A DNA stretch of 61,627 nucleotides, the filler included. It is 5 parts of 5 records of this genome, joined end to end, with 100 filler letters (N's around TTAATTAATTAA, not from the genome) between each part and the next. Parts side by side here need not be neighbours in the genome. Positions count along the whole stretch, not along the records: positions 17,175 to 42,461 come from SRR31156797_4280; 4 more parts are not named here. One strand, 5' to 3'. This document shows positions 21,237 to 31,028 of this stretch, piece by piece. Positions within the stretch are counted from its first letter, which is position 1. Every line of letters starts with the position of its first letter. The notes below the pieces were generated by a model, which did not search any database, was not told the origin of the DNA, and worked only from the letters and a program-made list of their open reading frames with translations. A program made the position numbers and the translations under genes.

Positions 21237-22019
21237 TCAGACCGTAAACACCTCGATCCCCGCCTCCTTGAAGGTCTTGAGTGCGGAGGGGGAGATATTG
21301 CTGTCGGTGACCAGCTTGTCTATGTTTTCGAAGCCGCTGATAAAGCAGAAGGCCCTGGTGCCTATCTTTGTGCTGTCGGTGACGACGATGGTTTCGGAGG
21401 CGTTGTCGGACATGATCCTTTTGATTTCAGCCTCGTGGGGGACGGCGGCGAAACAGCCCTCTGCCTCCAGAAGCCCCGAGACGCCGATGATGGCCTTGTC
21501 GGTGCGGTAGTTCATCAGGGAGTGCTCGGCGATGCTGCCGATCATGGCGGAGGTCTCTTTCAGCAGTTCTCCGCCGGTGAGGATGATCTTGCTCTGGGAA
21601 CCGCGGCTGAGGATCTCCCCTATGCCCGGAGAGTTTGTCACCGCCAGGAGATTCTTGCGGTTGGCCAGCACGTTGGCAACCTCCAGGGTCGTGCTTCCCG
21701 CGTCGATCATGATGCTCTCTCCGTCATGGATCAGGTGCTCGGAAACGAACTCGGCGATCCGGACCTTCTCCTCATGGTTCTGCTGTATCCGGCTGTGGAG
21801 ATGGGTGGTTTGCCAGAGAGCGGGCTGCTTTCGCTTTATGGCGCCGCCGTGAACCCGGGTGACCAGCTGTTTCTCTTCCAGGAGGGCCAGGTCCCTGCGG
21901 ATTGTGGCCTCGGTGGCCGATACGTGATCCGCCAGCTCCCCGATCTCCGCCCGGTTGCGGTTGTTTACGTATTCAACGATCTTCTGTCTGCGCTCTTCAA
22001 CAAAGTCTCTTTTCATCAT
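21237..22019 (-). CDS. DeoR/GlpR family transcriptional regulator
   Basis: 'TIRRDL..LE..QLVTRVHGGA', 'IDAGSTT', 'DSTKIG'. Confidence 0.95.
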   Translation of the reverse strand: MMKRDFVEERRQKIVEYVNNRNRAEIGELADHVSATEATIRRDLALLEEKQLVTRVHGGAIKRKQPALWQTTHLHSRIQQNHEEKVRIAEFVSEHLIHDGESIMIDAGSTTLEVANVLANRKNLLAVTNSPGIGEILSRGSQSKIILTGGELLKETSAMIGSIAEHSLMNYRTDKAIIGVSGLLEAEGCFAAVPHEAEIKRIMSDNASETIVVTDSTKIGTRAFCFISGFENIDKLVTDSNISPSALKTFKEAGIEVFTV

Positions 22020-22064
22020 ATAGCCTATTTTTTACAGTACAGCCACTTATCTGTCAATTAACAA

Positions 22065-22098
22065 ATGCGAAAGCCTTCTCTTCAGAAGGCTTTCGCAT
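22065..22098. terminator. perfect 15-bp hairpin between aldolase and deoR (terminator or stabiliser)
   Basis: ATGCGAAAGCCTTCT-cttc-AGAAGGCTTTCGCAT. Confidence 0.65.
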
Positions 22099-22187
22099 CC
22101 CTGCAAGCCCCTGGGGGGCGCTGTTTCCAAACCGCCTGCCGGGCAGGCGGCCGCAGCCCTGGCCGCGTGTCTCGTGGGAACGGGATC

Positions 22188-23054
22188 TTACCAGGCCTTT
22201 CCGTCGCTCATCACCATGCGGATGTGCTCTCTGGCGATCTCCCTCATCTTCTCCTTGCCGGGGGTGAGCATCTTCATCAGATCCCAGTCTCCGGGATTGT
22301 CATCCAGGGTTTTCTTCAGGGTTTCCAGAAATCCCTTGCGCATAACCGTACTGAAGTTGATCTTGGAAACGCCCATGGTGATGGCCTTCTGAAGGTCCTT
22401 TTCGGGGATGCCCGTTCCTCCGTGAAGGACCAGGGGAACCTGCGTTCTGGCCTCGATCTCCTTCAGAAGATCGAAGCGGAGTTCGGGATCCCTCTTGTAA
22501 AGGCCGTGGGCATTGCCGATGGCCGCCGCGAAACAGTCCACTCCGGTCTCTTTGACGAACCTCTCGCACTGGTCGGGGTCTGCCAGGCCCACCTCGTCGG
22601 CGTCCACCTTAGGGCCCTCGGGGCCGTCTTCGGCCTGCCCGATCACCCCGATCTCGCCTTCGACGGACACGCCGCAGGCGTGGGCCGCTTCCACCACCTT
22701 CCGGGTGTTGGCGATATTCTCCTCCAGGGGAAGGGATGAGCCGTCATACATGACAGATGTGAATCCGTAGTTCAGACAGCGAACGGCCTCATCGTAGGAG
22801 GGGCCGTGATCCAGATGGATGCCGATGGGGATATTCATCTTGCCCGCCATGGTGCGCACGATGGCCACAAAGACATGGCCGTCCATGTAATCGACCTCGC
22901 TCTGGGCCGCCTCGATGATGACGGGAGATTTCATTTCATCGGCAGCTTCCAGAATAGCCTGGATATACTCCAGATTATTTGTATTGAAGGCTGCCACAGC
23001 GTATTTTCCTTTCTTGGCGCGCTCCAGAAGCTCCTTATTGGTAACTAAGCTCAT
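22188..23054 (-). CDS. class II ketose-bisphosphate aldolase
   Basis: 'YAVAAFN', 'HLDHG', 'SVMYDGS', 'VEGEIG', 'GNAHG', 'VLHGGTG', 'KIN'. Confidence 0.95.
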   Translation of the reverse strand: MSLVTNKELLERAKKGKYAVAAFNTNNLEYIQAILEAADEMKSPVIIEAAQSEVDYMDGHVFVAIVRTMAGKMNIPIGIHLDHGPSYDEAVRCLNYGFTSVMYDGSSLPLEENIANTRKVVEAAHACGVSVEGEIGVIGQAEDGPEGPKVDADEVGLADPDQCERFVKETGVDCFAAAIGNAHGLYKRDPELRFDLLKEIEARTQVPLVLHGGTGIPEKDLQKAITMGVSKINFSTVMRKGFLETLKKTLDDNPGDWDLMKMLTPGKEKMREIAREHIRMVMSDGKAW

Positions 23055-23077
23055 TTAATACTCCTTGTGTATTCCTT

Positions 23078-24295
23078 TCAAATGTTTTCTATAAGCAATG
23101 CGGACAGAAAGCCGCCCACATAGGCATCACCTAAACCGATTGTCGTTACATCCTTTTCCTTCACCCCGATGGAGGGGACGCTGACCGCGTGGGGCGCGTA
23201 AAGCCCGTTAAAGCGCTCGCAGAACTCCGCCGCGTCATCCTCCGGGGGCAGCCCTGCGGTTTCCGCATAATCATCGCGGTTGAAATCATCCCCCCTGCGG
23301 AAGCGGGTCGTCGCCATGGCGACTCCGCTCTGCAGAGCCTTTTTATACGAGAGGGCCCCGTTGCCGGATATGAGGGCCCAGTGGCGGGAGTGGATCATCA
23401 GGAGGGGGACCTTCAGTTCGCTCTGAAGATTGCCGACCGCACGGTGCACCTCTTCCGGGTCCAGAAGGGAGAACGCCATACCCGTATAGTTCTTCAGCTC
23501 GTCCTCGTTCATGCTGTGAATGGCGATCCTCCCTCTGAGGGAATCCCGCACGATCCGGTTCAGCTCCTCACGGTGAAAGCAGGCGTCCTCGTAGAAGACC
23601 TTCGCTTCCCCGGGGAGCTCTTCCATACAGTCCAGGAGCTCTTTGAGGCTCCGCCTGAGAACCTCCGGACTCTGGATGGCATTGAATCCTGAAATCAGGA
23701 AGATATCGCTGTCCGCCAGTGCGCGGCCCAGGCCAGGATGGATCTTCATCAGCTCGTTGTCCGGATCGTTTGTATAGATCAGTCTGTTGGCCCGGCTCGT
23801 CCTGATCCGGATATCGTTGGCCTTCACCTCCGCGTCAGGGGGGTACTGGATGATGAGGTGGGGGTAGACGCTCTCTCCCTCACTGCTGCAGAGGCTGTCC
23901 GCTCTCTCCGGCAGGAGCCTCCTCACGTCCCCGTTGTCCGTAACAAGGTGGGTAAAGCTGTTGAGCCCGAGCTTGTCCATAACGATGGAGGCCCTTACCG
24001 AGGTCCCTCCCAGAGTGATTTTAAAAGGAAAGAGGGAGGAGAAACTCAGCAGGTCTTCAATATTTTCTCCATGCCGCTCTCCGCCTGTCTCGTTCTGCAT
24101 ATAGTGCAGGATGGATATGACCAGGGACCGCAGGGAATCTATCCTGGAGGGCCGCCGGATATCAGCCTTGCGTATCCCCAGCTTCCTGATCTGATCTTCA
24201 ATGACCGAGCCGTCCCAGGAAATCTCGTAATCAATGTTGTTGCCCAGGCCCAGGACTATCTTTTTCTGCATGATCTCATTGTTCTCCAAGTACAA
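23078..24295 (-). CDS. ADP-dependent glucokinase/phosphofructokinase family protein
   Basis: 'LGLGNNID', 'LGGT', 'NRLI', 'ISGFN', 'SMNEDEL', 'TIGLGDA'. Start may be 24271. Confidence 0.85.
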   Translation of the reverse strand: MYLENNEIMQKKIVLGLGNNIDYEISWDGSVIEDQIRKLGIRKADIRRPSRIDSLRSLVISILHYMQNETGGERHGENIEDLLSFSSLFPFKITLGGTSVRASIVMDKLGLNSFTHLVTDNGDVRRLLPERADSLCSSEGESVYPHLIIQYPPDAEVKANDIRIRTSRANRLIYTNDPDNELMKIHPGLGRALADSDIFLISGFNAIQSPEVLRRSLKELLDCMEELPGEAKVFYEDACFHREELNRIVRDSLRGRIAIHSMNEDELKNYTGMAFSLLDPEEVHRAVGNLQSELKVPLLMIHSRHWALISGNGALSYKKALQSGVAMATTRFRRGDDFNRDDYAETAGLPPEDDAAEFCERFNGLYAPHAVSVPSIGVKEKDVTTIGLGDAYVGGFLSALLIENI

Positions 24296-24409
24296 TTAAA
24301 TGACAATTGAAAATGTTTATATGTCACTTTATATCCAATTAGTAGGTCTTGTCAAACATTTTTATGATCAAATGAACATAAATAAATGTTTAAATATGTA
24401 AATATAAAC

Positions 24410-24438
24410 TTGACAGTTCAGATTCTTGGGTTCAGAAT
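24410..24438 (+). promoter_or_regulatory. putative sigma70 promoter of the ABC operon
   Basis: TTGACA-17 nt-CAGAAT in an AT-rich divergent intergenic region. Confidence 0.55.
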
Positions 24439-24522
24439 GGGTTTAATCCTCATCTCATCGAATAGATGAAAATCTTTCATCCTCATCTAGTCGAGATGAA
24501 AATCGAAAAGGAGTGTTTTCTT

Positions 24523-25788
24523 ATGAAAAAGGTTTTACTTGGCTTAACAGTTCTGCTGTTTATGGCGACCCTCAGCTGGGCCGGCGGATCTCAGGAGAAG
24601 GCGGCGTCCTCTGATGAAGCTGTGACGATCGAGTTTATACAGTGGTGGGCCCCCGAGCTTCCCGAGGGATCTTTCCGCGGGATCATGGACGAGTTCGAAG
24701 CCGCTCACCCCGGCATCAAGGTAAAGCTTATCAGCGGCCCCTATGCCAATACCAGAGATCAGATCGTGACCGGCGCCGCTACGGGCACCCTCAGCGACGT
24801 CGTCGGACTTGACGGAGCCTGGGTCAACGACCTGGCCAAACAGGGCGCCATCGCTCCTATGGATGAGTTTATGAACTCCGGTGACCTGGATCCCGAAGAG
24901 ATCGCCGCCATCATCAAGCTGGACAACAAGAGCTACATGTTCCCGGTGGCTTCCTTCGTATACCCCATTTTTCTCAACCTCGATATGCTCGAGGCCGCGG
25001 GAATCAAGGAAACGCCCAAGACCAGAACCGAGTTCATGGCCGCCGCTCAGAAGCTGACCAATGCGGACGCCAATGAGTACGGCTGGGTGCTGCCCCTGTC
25101 CCTGCAGGCTCCCAACGGCATCCAGAACGATGTCATGTCCTGGGTGTGGGCCTCCGGCAAGAGCATGATGAAGAACGGAAAACCCGACCTGACCAACAGC
25201 GATGTGGTTTCCGCTCTCGAGTTCATCAACGAGATGTATCAGAAGGGCCTTGTCTCTCCCGGCGCCTTCGCCAAGCAGGAGCAGGACAAGGTGGAAGAGT
25301 TTGTGAACGGCAGAATCGGTATGATGGTCGATACCCTGGCCCATATCAATATGATCCGCGAGAGAAATCCCGAGCTGAACTTCACCATCTCCGACTTCCC
25401 CGTAGTCGACGGATACGACGGCCCCCGCGGCCTTCCCTATGCCGCCTGGGGAATCGGCATCAGCGAGTCCAGCGAGCACAAGGAAGAGGCCTGGAAGCTG
25501 GTGTCCTTCCTCATGAGCAAGGATATCAACAGCAAGCTGGTCTCCATTGCCAACGCCTTCCCCGGAAACGTCAAGGCCCAGCCTGACTTCGTCAAGGCCG
25601 ACGAGATGTTCGGAAAGGGCTTTGAGATCTTCCAGTCCGGTTACCTTGCCAACGAGTTTACGGGACTGCCCGTAGCCGAAGAGCTGATGCGCATGCTGGA
25701 TGAGGAAGTGCAGCTTATGCTGGACGGAAAGCAGAGCGCCGCCGAGGCCGCTGCCAGGGCTCAGAAGAAGTGGGAAGCTGAGTTCTGA
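24523..25788 (+). CDS. carbohydrate ABC transporter substrate-binding protein (CUT1)
   Basis: Signal 'MKKVLL...WAGGSQE', 'EFEAAHPGIKV', 'EEAWKLVSFL'; AAGGAG SD. Confidence 0.92.
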   Translation: MKKVLLGLTVLLFMATLSWAGGSQEKAASSDEAVTIEFIQWWAPELPEGSFRGIMDEFEAAHPGIKVKLISGPYANTRDQIVTGAATGTLSDVVGLDGAWVNDLAKQGAIAPMDEFMNSGDLDPEEIAAIIKLDNKSYMFPVASFVYPIFLNLDMLEAAGIKETPKTRTEFMAAAQKLTNADANEYGWVLPLSLQAPNGIQNDVMSWVWASGKSMMKNGKPDLTNSDVVSALEFINEMYQKGLVSPGAFAKQEQDKVEEFVNGRIGMMVDTLAHINMIRERNPELNFTISDFPVVDGYDGPRGLPYAAWGIGISESSEHKEEAWKLVSFLMSKDINSKLVSIANAFPGNVKAQPDFVKADEMFGKGFEIFQSGYLANEFTGLPVAEELMRMLDEEVQLMLDGKQSAAEAAARAQKKWEAEF

Positions 25789-25813
25789 TCTGATTCAGAA
25801 TACCCAATCATTT

Positions 25814-25842
25814 GCCGGGCTGGTTTTACCGGCCGGCCCGGC
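25814..25842 (+). terminator. GC-rich hairpin after the SBP gene
   Basis: GCCGGGCTGGTT / GGCCGGCCCGGC inverted repeat. Confidence 0.5.
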
Positions 25843-25871
25843 TTACCATTTATCATAAATCATCATAAAAA

Positions 25872-26816
25872 ATGGGAGGCGTATCCTTGACCCCTGTATT
25901 AGCTACCAAGTCAAGAAAGGCTCATATACCCGTGCTCACACCCAGAACCAAAAGGGCCGTTGCCCCATATCTGTATCTTCTGCCGACGATTGTCCTGTTG
26001 TCCGTGCTTATGTTTCTGCCAATGCTGACGGTTGTCAGGTACTCTTTTCTGGATAACGTAATCATGAATAAAAATCCCCAGTTCGTGGGTATAAAAAACT
26101 ATGTCACCGTCTTTCAGAACGAGGTGTTCTGGACCTCGCTGGGCAATACACTCTACTTTACGGTTATGAGCGTCATCTTTCATCTGACCCTGGGGCTGCT
26201 GTTCGCCGTCCTGCTCAACGCCGATTGTCTGAACCATATAGCGAAGAGTCTTCTCCGGGTCTGTTACATCATGCCCTGGGTTTTCACTGCCACGATAATC
26301 GCCATCATCTGGCGACTGATTCTGAATCCCGGCGGGATCATGAATTATATTCTGATGTTTGCGGGATTGATAAAACAGAACGTGGAGTGGTTTTCCTCCA
26401 CCAGGACGGCCCTCCACGCCCTGACCTTTGTGAACATCTGGGCGGGCTATCCCTTTTATATGGTCAGCCTGCTCGCCGGGCTCCAGGGCGTTCCCGACGA
26501 GCTGTACGAGGCGGCCACCATCGACGGAACCAATGGCTGGCAGAGCTTTGTCCACATCACCATCCCCCATCTGATTCCCATCATCGTCAGCATCTCCATG
26601 CTCGACTTCATCTGGACCATGCAGGTCTTCCCCCTGGTCTGGATGACCACCGGCGGCGGGCCCATCCACGCCACGGAGGTCCTCAGCACCTTTACCTACA
26701 AGCTGGCCTTCAGCACCTACAAGTTCTCATTGGCATCGGCCAGCGCCGTCGTTGTGCTTCTGATCTCCCTGTGCGTCGCCGTCTTCTATATCCGAAACCA
26801 AAAGAGCAGAGGCTGA
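25872..26816 (+). CDS. carbohydrate ABC transporter permease (MalF-like)
   Basis: 'FVGIKNY', EAA loop 'LYEAATIDG', 'TGGGP'. Start may be TTG at 25887. Confidence 0.92.
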   Translation: MGGVSLTPVLATKSRKAHIPVLTPRTKRAVAPYLYLLPTIVLLSVLMFLPMLTVVRYSFLDNVIMNKNPQFVGIKNYVTVFQNEVFWTSLGNTLYFTVMSVIFHLTLGLLFAVLLNADCLNHIAKSLLRVCYIMPWVFTATIIAIIWRLILNPGGIMNYILMFAGLIKQNVEWFSSTRTALHALTFVNIWAGYPFYMVSLLAGLQGVPDELYEAATIDGTNGWQSFVHITIPHLIPIIVSISMLDFIWTMQVFPLVWMTTGGGPIHATEVLSTFTYKLAFSTYKFSLASASAVVVLLISLCVAVFYIRNQKSRG

Positions 26817-26818
26817 TT

Positions 26819-27658
26819 ATGGTACACGTCAAAAAAAGAACAGGTTTGAACATCCTTATCTACTTCGGTCTGCTCTGCGGTCTGCTGTATGCCGGGTTTC
26901 CGGTCCTCTGGATGCTGTTTTCCTCTCTGAAAAGCAATACCGAGATCTTCGCTCTGCCTCCGACACTGCTGCCCAAGCTGTTTACCCTGGACGCCTATGT
27001 CGCGATCTTCACCAGCCCTATGAAGGTCCGGTTTTTCATCAACAGCTATTTCGTCTCCCTGTCGGTCACCTTTCTGACGCTGGTGATCGCCATCCTGGCG
27101 GGTTACAGCTTCAGCCGCTACAGCTTCCGATTCAAGAAGCCTTTGAATCTGATCATCATCAGCACCCAGACCGTGCCTCCCATCACCCTGCTGATTCCCT
27201 ATTTCGGTCTGGTGGTTACCCTGAAGCTCTACAATACCTACTGGGCCCTGATCCTGACCTACATGGTGTTTACCCTGCCTTATGCCATCCTGATGATGAC
27301 CGGCTACTTCAACACCCTGCCCAAAGAGCTGGATGAGGCGGTTCTGGTGGACGGGGGATCCAACTTTATGGCCCTGTGGCGCTTCCTGGTGCCCATCTCC
27401 CTTCCCGGCATCGTGGCCACCTCGGTGTATACCTTCATCCTGGCCTGGAACGAGTTCCTCTTCGCCCTGACCCTGACGAAGACGACGGATATGAGGACCG
27501 TTCCCATTGGTATACAGCAACTGATGGGGCAGCACGCCTACGAATGGAATGAGATGATGGCCATGAGCTTGCTGGGTTCCCTGCCCATCCTGATCATGTA
27601 TCTGATCGCCCAGCGCTACTTTATGGCCGGCATGACGGCCGGTTCGGTAAAGAGTTGA
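26819..27658 (+). CDS. carbohydrate ABC transporter permease (MalG-like)
   Basis: 'LPKELDEAVLVDG', 'WNEFLFAL', 'AGSVK'. True start is ATG 26819, not the ORF-track 26225. Confidence 0.92.
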   Translation: MVHVKKRTGLNILIYFGLLCGLLYAGFPVLWMLFSSLKSNTEIFALPPTLLPKLFTLDAYVAIFTSPMKVRFFINSYFVSLSVTFLTLVIAILAGYSFSRYSFRFKKPLNLIIISTQTVPPITLLIPYFGLVVTLKLYNTYWALILTYMVFTLPYAILMMTGYFNTLPKELDEAVLVDGGSNFMALWRFLVPISLPGIVATSVYTFILAWNEFLFALTLTKTTDMRTVPIGIQQLMGQHAYEWNEMMAMSLLGSLPILIMYLIAQRYFMAGMTAGSVKS

Positions 27659-27751
27659 ATCCTTTTCTCCGTCCCGCGTCTGAGGATCCGGCCGTGGCGC
27701 TTTGCTTTGCGGCTCGGCTCTCCCATCCCGAGAGGGGGGCGCGATCCCCTC

Positions 27752-28831
27752 TCAGGTGGACTTGCCGACCCGCAGATCGAAGTTCGTCATAATCTGTCTT
27801 ACCGGCATGGACGGATTCGCCATGCGGCTCATCATGGCCTCCACCGCAAGGTATGCCATGTCTTCGCAGGGCTGGACAATAGTCGTAATGGAGGGGTGGG
27901 TTTCAAGTGCCAGGTCGGAGCCGTCAAATCCGGCTATGCGGAAGTCTTCGGGGATCCTGTAATCCTGTCTCTGGAGAATCCGCTGGAGCCTCACGGCTAC
28001 GAAGTCGTTGGAACAGATAATGTTTGAGGCTCCGTTCTTCTTTAGGTAAGCGGCGAGTTCGTCCTCTTCCGTAAGGATATGAAACCAGTCTCTCCGAGGG
28101 CAGATCCCATGATCCAAGAGGGCGCTCTCAATCCCTTTTCTCCTTAGGAGAACTGCCCTTCCCACATTGGGAAGGGTACAGAAATCGATTCTTGACGAAC
28201 CGTTTTTCAGCATATAATCGGCAAGTATGTACCCGGCTCTGAAATTATCAATTGAAACGATGTCATTCCTTATATTGTCAGGATAGCTCATAACTCCAGA
28301 ATCAATCACAATGACGGGAATGCCCGCCCGCTCCAGTTTATCGATGATCACCTTGTTGGTTTCATAGCAGTCATCCGTTAGCTCCACAGGCGTCATGAAT
28401 ACACCGTCCACGCCCTGCTGAATGTAGAACTCGGACATTTGATCAAGGCTCGCCAGGTCGATGGAGCCTTGGGGAAATTCTCCTCCCCAAATGAGCTTGA
28501 AGTTGAATTCATTGGATAGCTCGGCAATGCAGCGGGCCATGTTTCCAAAGAAGCCTTCCATCCTCAACAGGGGAAAGATCAGACCGAAAAGGGGCGTGTC
28601 CGACGGGGACGCCGGTTTTTTTATCAGTACGGTTCCCGATCCGACTTTGCTTTCGATAAGGCCCTCATTCTGAAGCTGCTTCAGGGCTTTGTGCACGGTC
28701 GGTCTTGACACCGCGTACTTCTCTGCCAGTTTGGAAGCGGAGGGAATCTCATCGCCCACTTTGTAGATGGGGCTTTGGAGCTGCTCCAGCAGATCTGAAT
28801 ATATTTCTGAGTAGATACTATTTTTCGACAT
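27752..28831 (-). CDS. GntR-wHTH / LacI-sensor hybrid regulator (AraR-like)
   Basis: 'IPS...LAEKYAVSRPTV', 'GSGT', C-terminal 'IAGFDG', 'ITTIVQP'. Confidence 0.88.
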   Translation of the reverse strand: MSKNSIYSEIYSDLLEQLQSPIYKVGDEIPSASKLAEKYAVSRPTVHKALKQLQNEGLIESKVGSGTVLIKKPASPSDTPLFGLIFPLLRMEGFFGNMARCIAELSNEFNFKLIWGGEFPQGSIDLASLDQMSEFYIQQGVDGVFMTPVELTDDCYETNKVIIDKLERAGIPVIVIDSGVMSYPDNIRNDIVSIDNFRAGYILADYMLKNGSSRIDFCTLPNVGRAVLLRRKGIESALLDHGICPRRDWFHILTEEDELAAYLKKNGASNIICSNDFVAVRLQRILQRQDYRIPEDFRIAGFDGSDLALETHPSITTIVQPCEDMAYLAVEAMMSRMANPSMPVRQIMTNFDLRVGKST

Positions 28832-28919
28832 ATCTTTTCCTATGGCTCAAAGATAATACAAAAGCGTGGAAAAGGCAATAAATATTCATTAAGTGTTAAC
28901 GTAAATGTAAAAATAAATG

Positions 28920-28948
28920 TTGACAGATGTTTTGTTATGGTTTACATA
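28920..28948 (+). promoter_or_regulatory. putative sigma70 promoter for the transketolase operon
   Basis: TTGACA-17 nt-TACATA. Confidence 0.45.
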
Positions 28949-29057
28949 TGTATAAACGAAAATATAATTCAAAGTTAGTTATTCGTCTGCGGATAAGTCA
29001 ATATTATTTTCAACAGGTCCAGGTTTGCAGAGTGTAAGACCCAATCAGGAGGAGTGA

Positions 29058-29912
29058 ATGGATTCTCAGAAGGAGAGGCAGCTGACAAAGATAGCCCGGG
29101 AATTAAGGATCATGGGATTGTCTATGGTCAAAGAGGCCAACTCGGGACACATAGGCGGAGCGTTTTCTTTATCAGAAATAATGTCTGTTCTGTATTTCGA
29201 AAAGATGAATCTGAAGCCGGATCAGCCGGATTGGGAAGACAGGGACCGTTTCGTCATGTCAAAGGGCCATGCGACTGTAGCCCTGTACCCCGCTCTGGCC
29301 AAAAGAGGCTTTTTCCCCGAAGAGCTGTTGAAGACATTCAGAAAGGCGGAAGGCCATCTTTCCGGCCATGTGGAAATGAATCATGTTCCCGGTGTGGATA
29401 TGTCAACGGGATCTTTGGGGCAGGGGTTTTCTGCCGCCGTAGGAATGGCGCTGGCTGCCAAGAGGGCCGGCAAGGGCTACAGAACCTATGCCGTTCTGGG
29501 AGACGGGGAGATCCAGGAGGGTCAGATCTGGGAAGCCTGTATGTTTTCGACGGCGCAGAAGCTGGACAATCTGGTCGCCATTCTGGACAACAATGCTGTT
29601 CAGCTGGATGGAAGAGTCGAGGAGGTCCTGGATTCCGGAAGCCCGGAAGCCAAGTTCAAGGGCTTCGGATTCAATGTCATTACCATCGACGGACATGATG
29701 TCGGACAGATCGCAATTGCCCTAGATCAGGCGGAACGCTGCAAGGGGAAACCCAGTGTCGTCATTGCGAACACCGTGAAAGGGAAGGGCGTTTCCTTTAT
29801 GGAAGGACAGTCTGTCTGGCACGGCAAGACTCCTGATGAGGAAGAATTCAAAGCCGCCTTTGAAGAGCTTGGGGATGGCCTCAAAGTACAGGAGGCGGTT
29901 CTGTGGGTATAA
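29058..29912 (+). CDS. transketolase N-terminal (ThDP-binding) subunit
   Basis: 'SGHIGG', 'DRFVMSKGH', 'TGSLGQG', 'GDGEIQEG..WEA', 'KGKG'. Confidence 0.95.
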   Translation: MDSQKERQLTKIARELRIMGLSMVKEANSGHIGGAFSLSEIMSVLYFEKMNLKPDQPDWEDRDRFVMSKGHATVALYPALAKRGFFPEELLKTFRKAEGHLSGHVEMNHVPGVDMSTGSLGQGFSAAVGMALAAKRAGKGYRTYAVLGDGEIQEGQIWEACMFSTAQKLDNLVAILDNNAVQLDGRVEEVLDSGSPEAKFKGFGFNVITIDGHDVGQIAIALDQAERCKGKPSVVIANTVKGKGVSFMEGQSVWHGKTPDEEEFKAAFEELGDGLKVQEAVLWV

Positions 29913-30841
29913 GTATTTCTACCAGAGAAGCTTACGGAGATGAGCTGGTCGAACTGGGGAAGCAGAATAAGAGCGTTTTCGCCTTGGATGCGGATGTTTC
30001 TTCCTGTACGAAATCCTGCGGATTCGCATCCCGTTTCCCGGAGAGATTCTGTAATGCGGGGATAGCCGAGGCCAATATGGTGGGGATCGCCGCAGGTATG
30101 ACAACCCTGGGATATATTCCCTTCGTCCACTCCTTTGCCATGTTTTCCGCAGGCCGATGCTTCGATCAGATACGAAATTCTCTGGCATATCCCGATCTGA
30201 ATGTCAAAGTCGTGGGCACCCATGCGGGACTGTCCGTGGGTGAGGACGGTGCCACCCATCAGTGCCTGGAAGACCTGGGAATAATGAGGACCATTCCGAA
30301 TATGACCATTGTATGTCCCTGTGACGGAAACGAAACGGCCGCCGCCGTAAAGGCCCTGGCCGCCTTAAGCGGGCCCTGCTATCTGAGGTTGGGACGGGCG
30401 AAGCTTGATACCGTTACAGACCTGCCGGATTATAGCTTCGAAATAGGAAGAGGCGTCACCCTGCGGGACGGAGGGGACATCACCGTTATCGCAATCGGCA
30501 TGATGGTTCAGGCTGCCGTAGAAGCCGCCGACCGCCTGTCGGATGAGGGGCTCTCAGTCCGCGTCATCAATATGCACACACTCAAACCTCTGGACAAAGA
30601 GATTGTCCTGAAGGCCGCCAAAGAGACAGGTGCAATTGTCACTGCAGAGGAGCACAATGTTATGGGAGGTCTCGGAAGCGCCGTCTCGGAGCTGTTGTGC
30701 GAAGAGTATCCGGCTCCTGTTCACAAAATCGGTACGCAGGATGTTTTCGGGCGCTCCGGCGATGTCGACAAGCTGATGGATCTCTATGGCTTGACCTCTC
30801 ATCATATTGCCGGACGGATAAGAAAGGTATGTAAGCCCTAG
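29903..30841 (+). CDS. transketolase C-terminal subunit
   Basis: 'GIAEANM', 'GEDGATHQ', 'TAEEH..GGLG'. Confidence 0.95.
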   Translation: MGISISTREAYGDELVELGKQNKSVFALDADVSSCTKSCGFASRFPERFCNAGIAEANMVGIAAGMTTLGYIPFVHSFAMFSAGRCFDQIRNSLAYPDLNVKVVGTHAGLSVGEDGATHQCLEDLGIMRTIPNMTIVCPCDGNETAAAVKALAALSGPCYLRLGRAKLDTVTDLPDYSFEIGRGVTLRDGGDITVIAIGMMVQAAVEAADRLSDEGLSVRVINMHTLKPLDKEIVLKAAKETGAIVTAEEHNVMGGLGSAVSELLCEEYPAPVHKIGTQDVFGRSGDVDKLMDLYGLTSHHIAGRIRKVCKP

Positions 30842-31028
30842 GCGATTGTGCCTGTTGTCATAGCTGGTCTGAAGGCGATAGCAGGAGGGGGCGTAAAGGG
30901 ATGATATGTAAAAATACAATTCGCATATTGTTAACAATCAGGTATGTGTTCCTCATGGATTGCATGCCTGACCAAAGCTCGTATGAAGTGGATTTATCCA
31001 TTCATAATAAATATTAGGAGGATTTCTT

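Noticed and set aside
26225..26818. 198-aa N-terminal extension of the second permease
   Set aside because: It overlaps the preceding permease in another frame; the real start is ATG 26819.
21216..27535. Long antisense or alternative-frame ORFs (21216-22061, 24544-25479, 25911-26669, 26786-27535)
   Set aside because: Shadows of well-supported genes with GC-rich third positions; no recognisable motifs.
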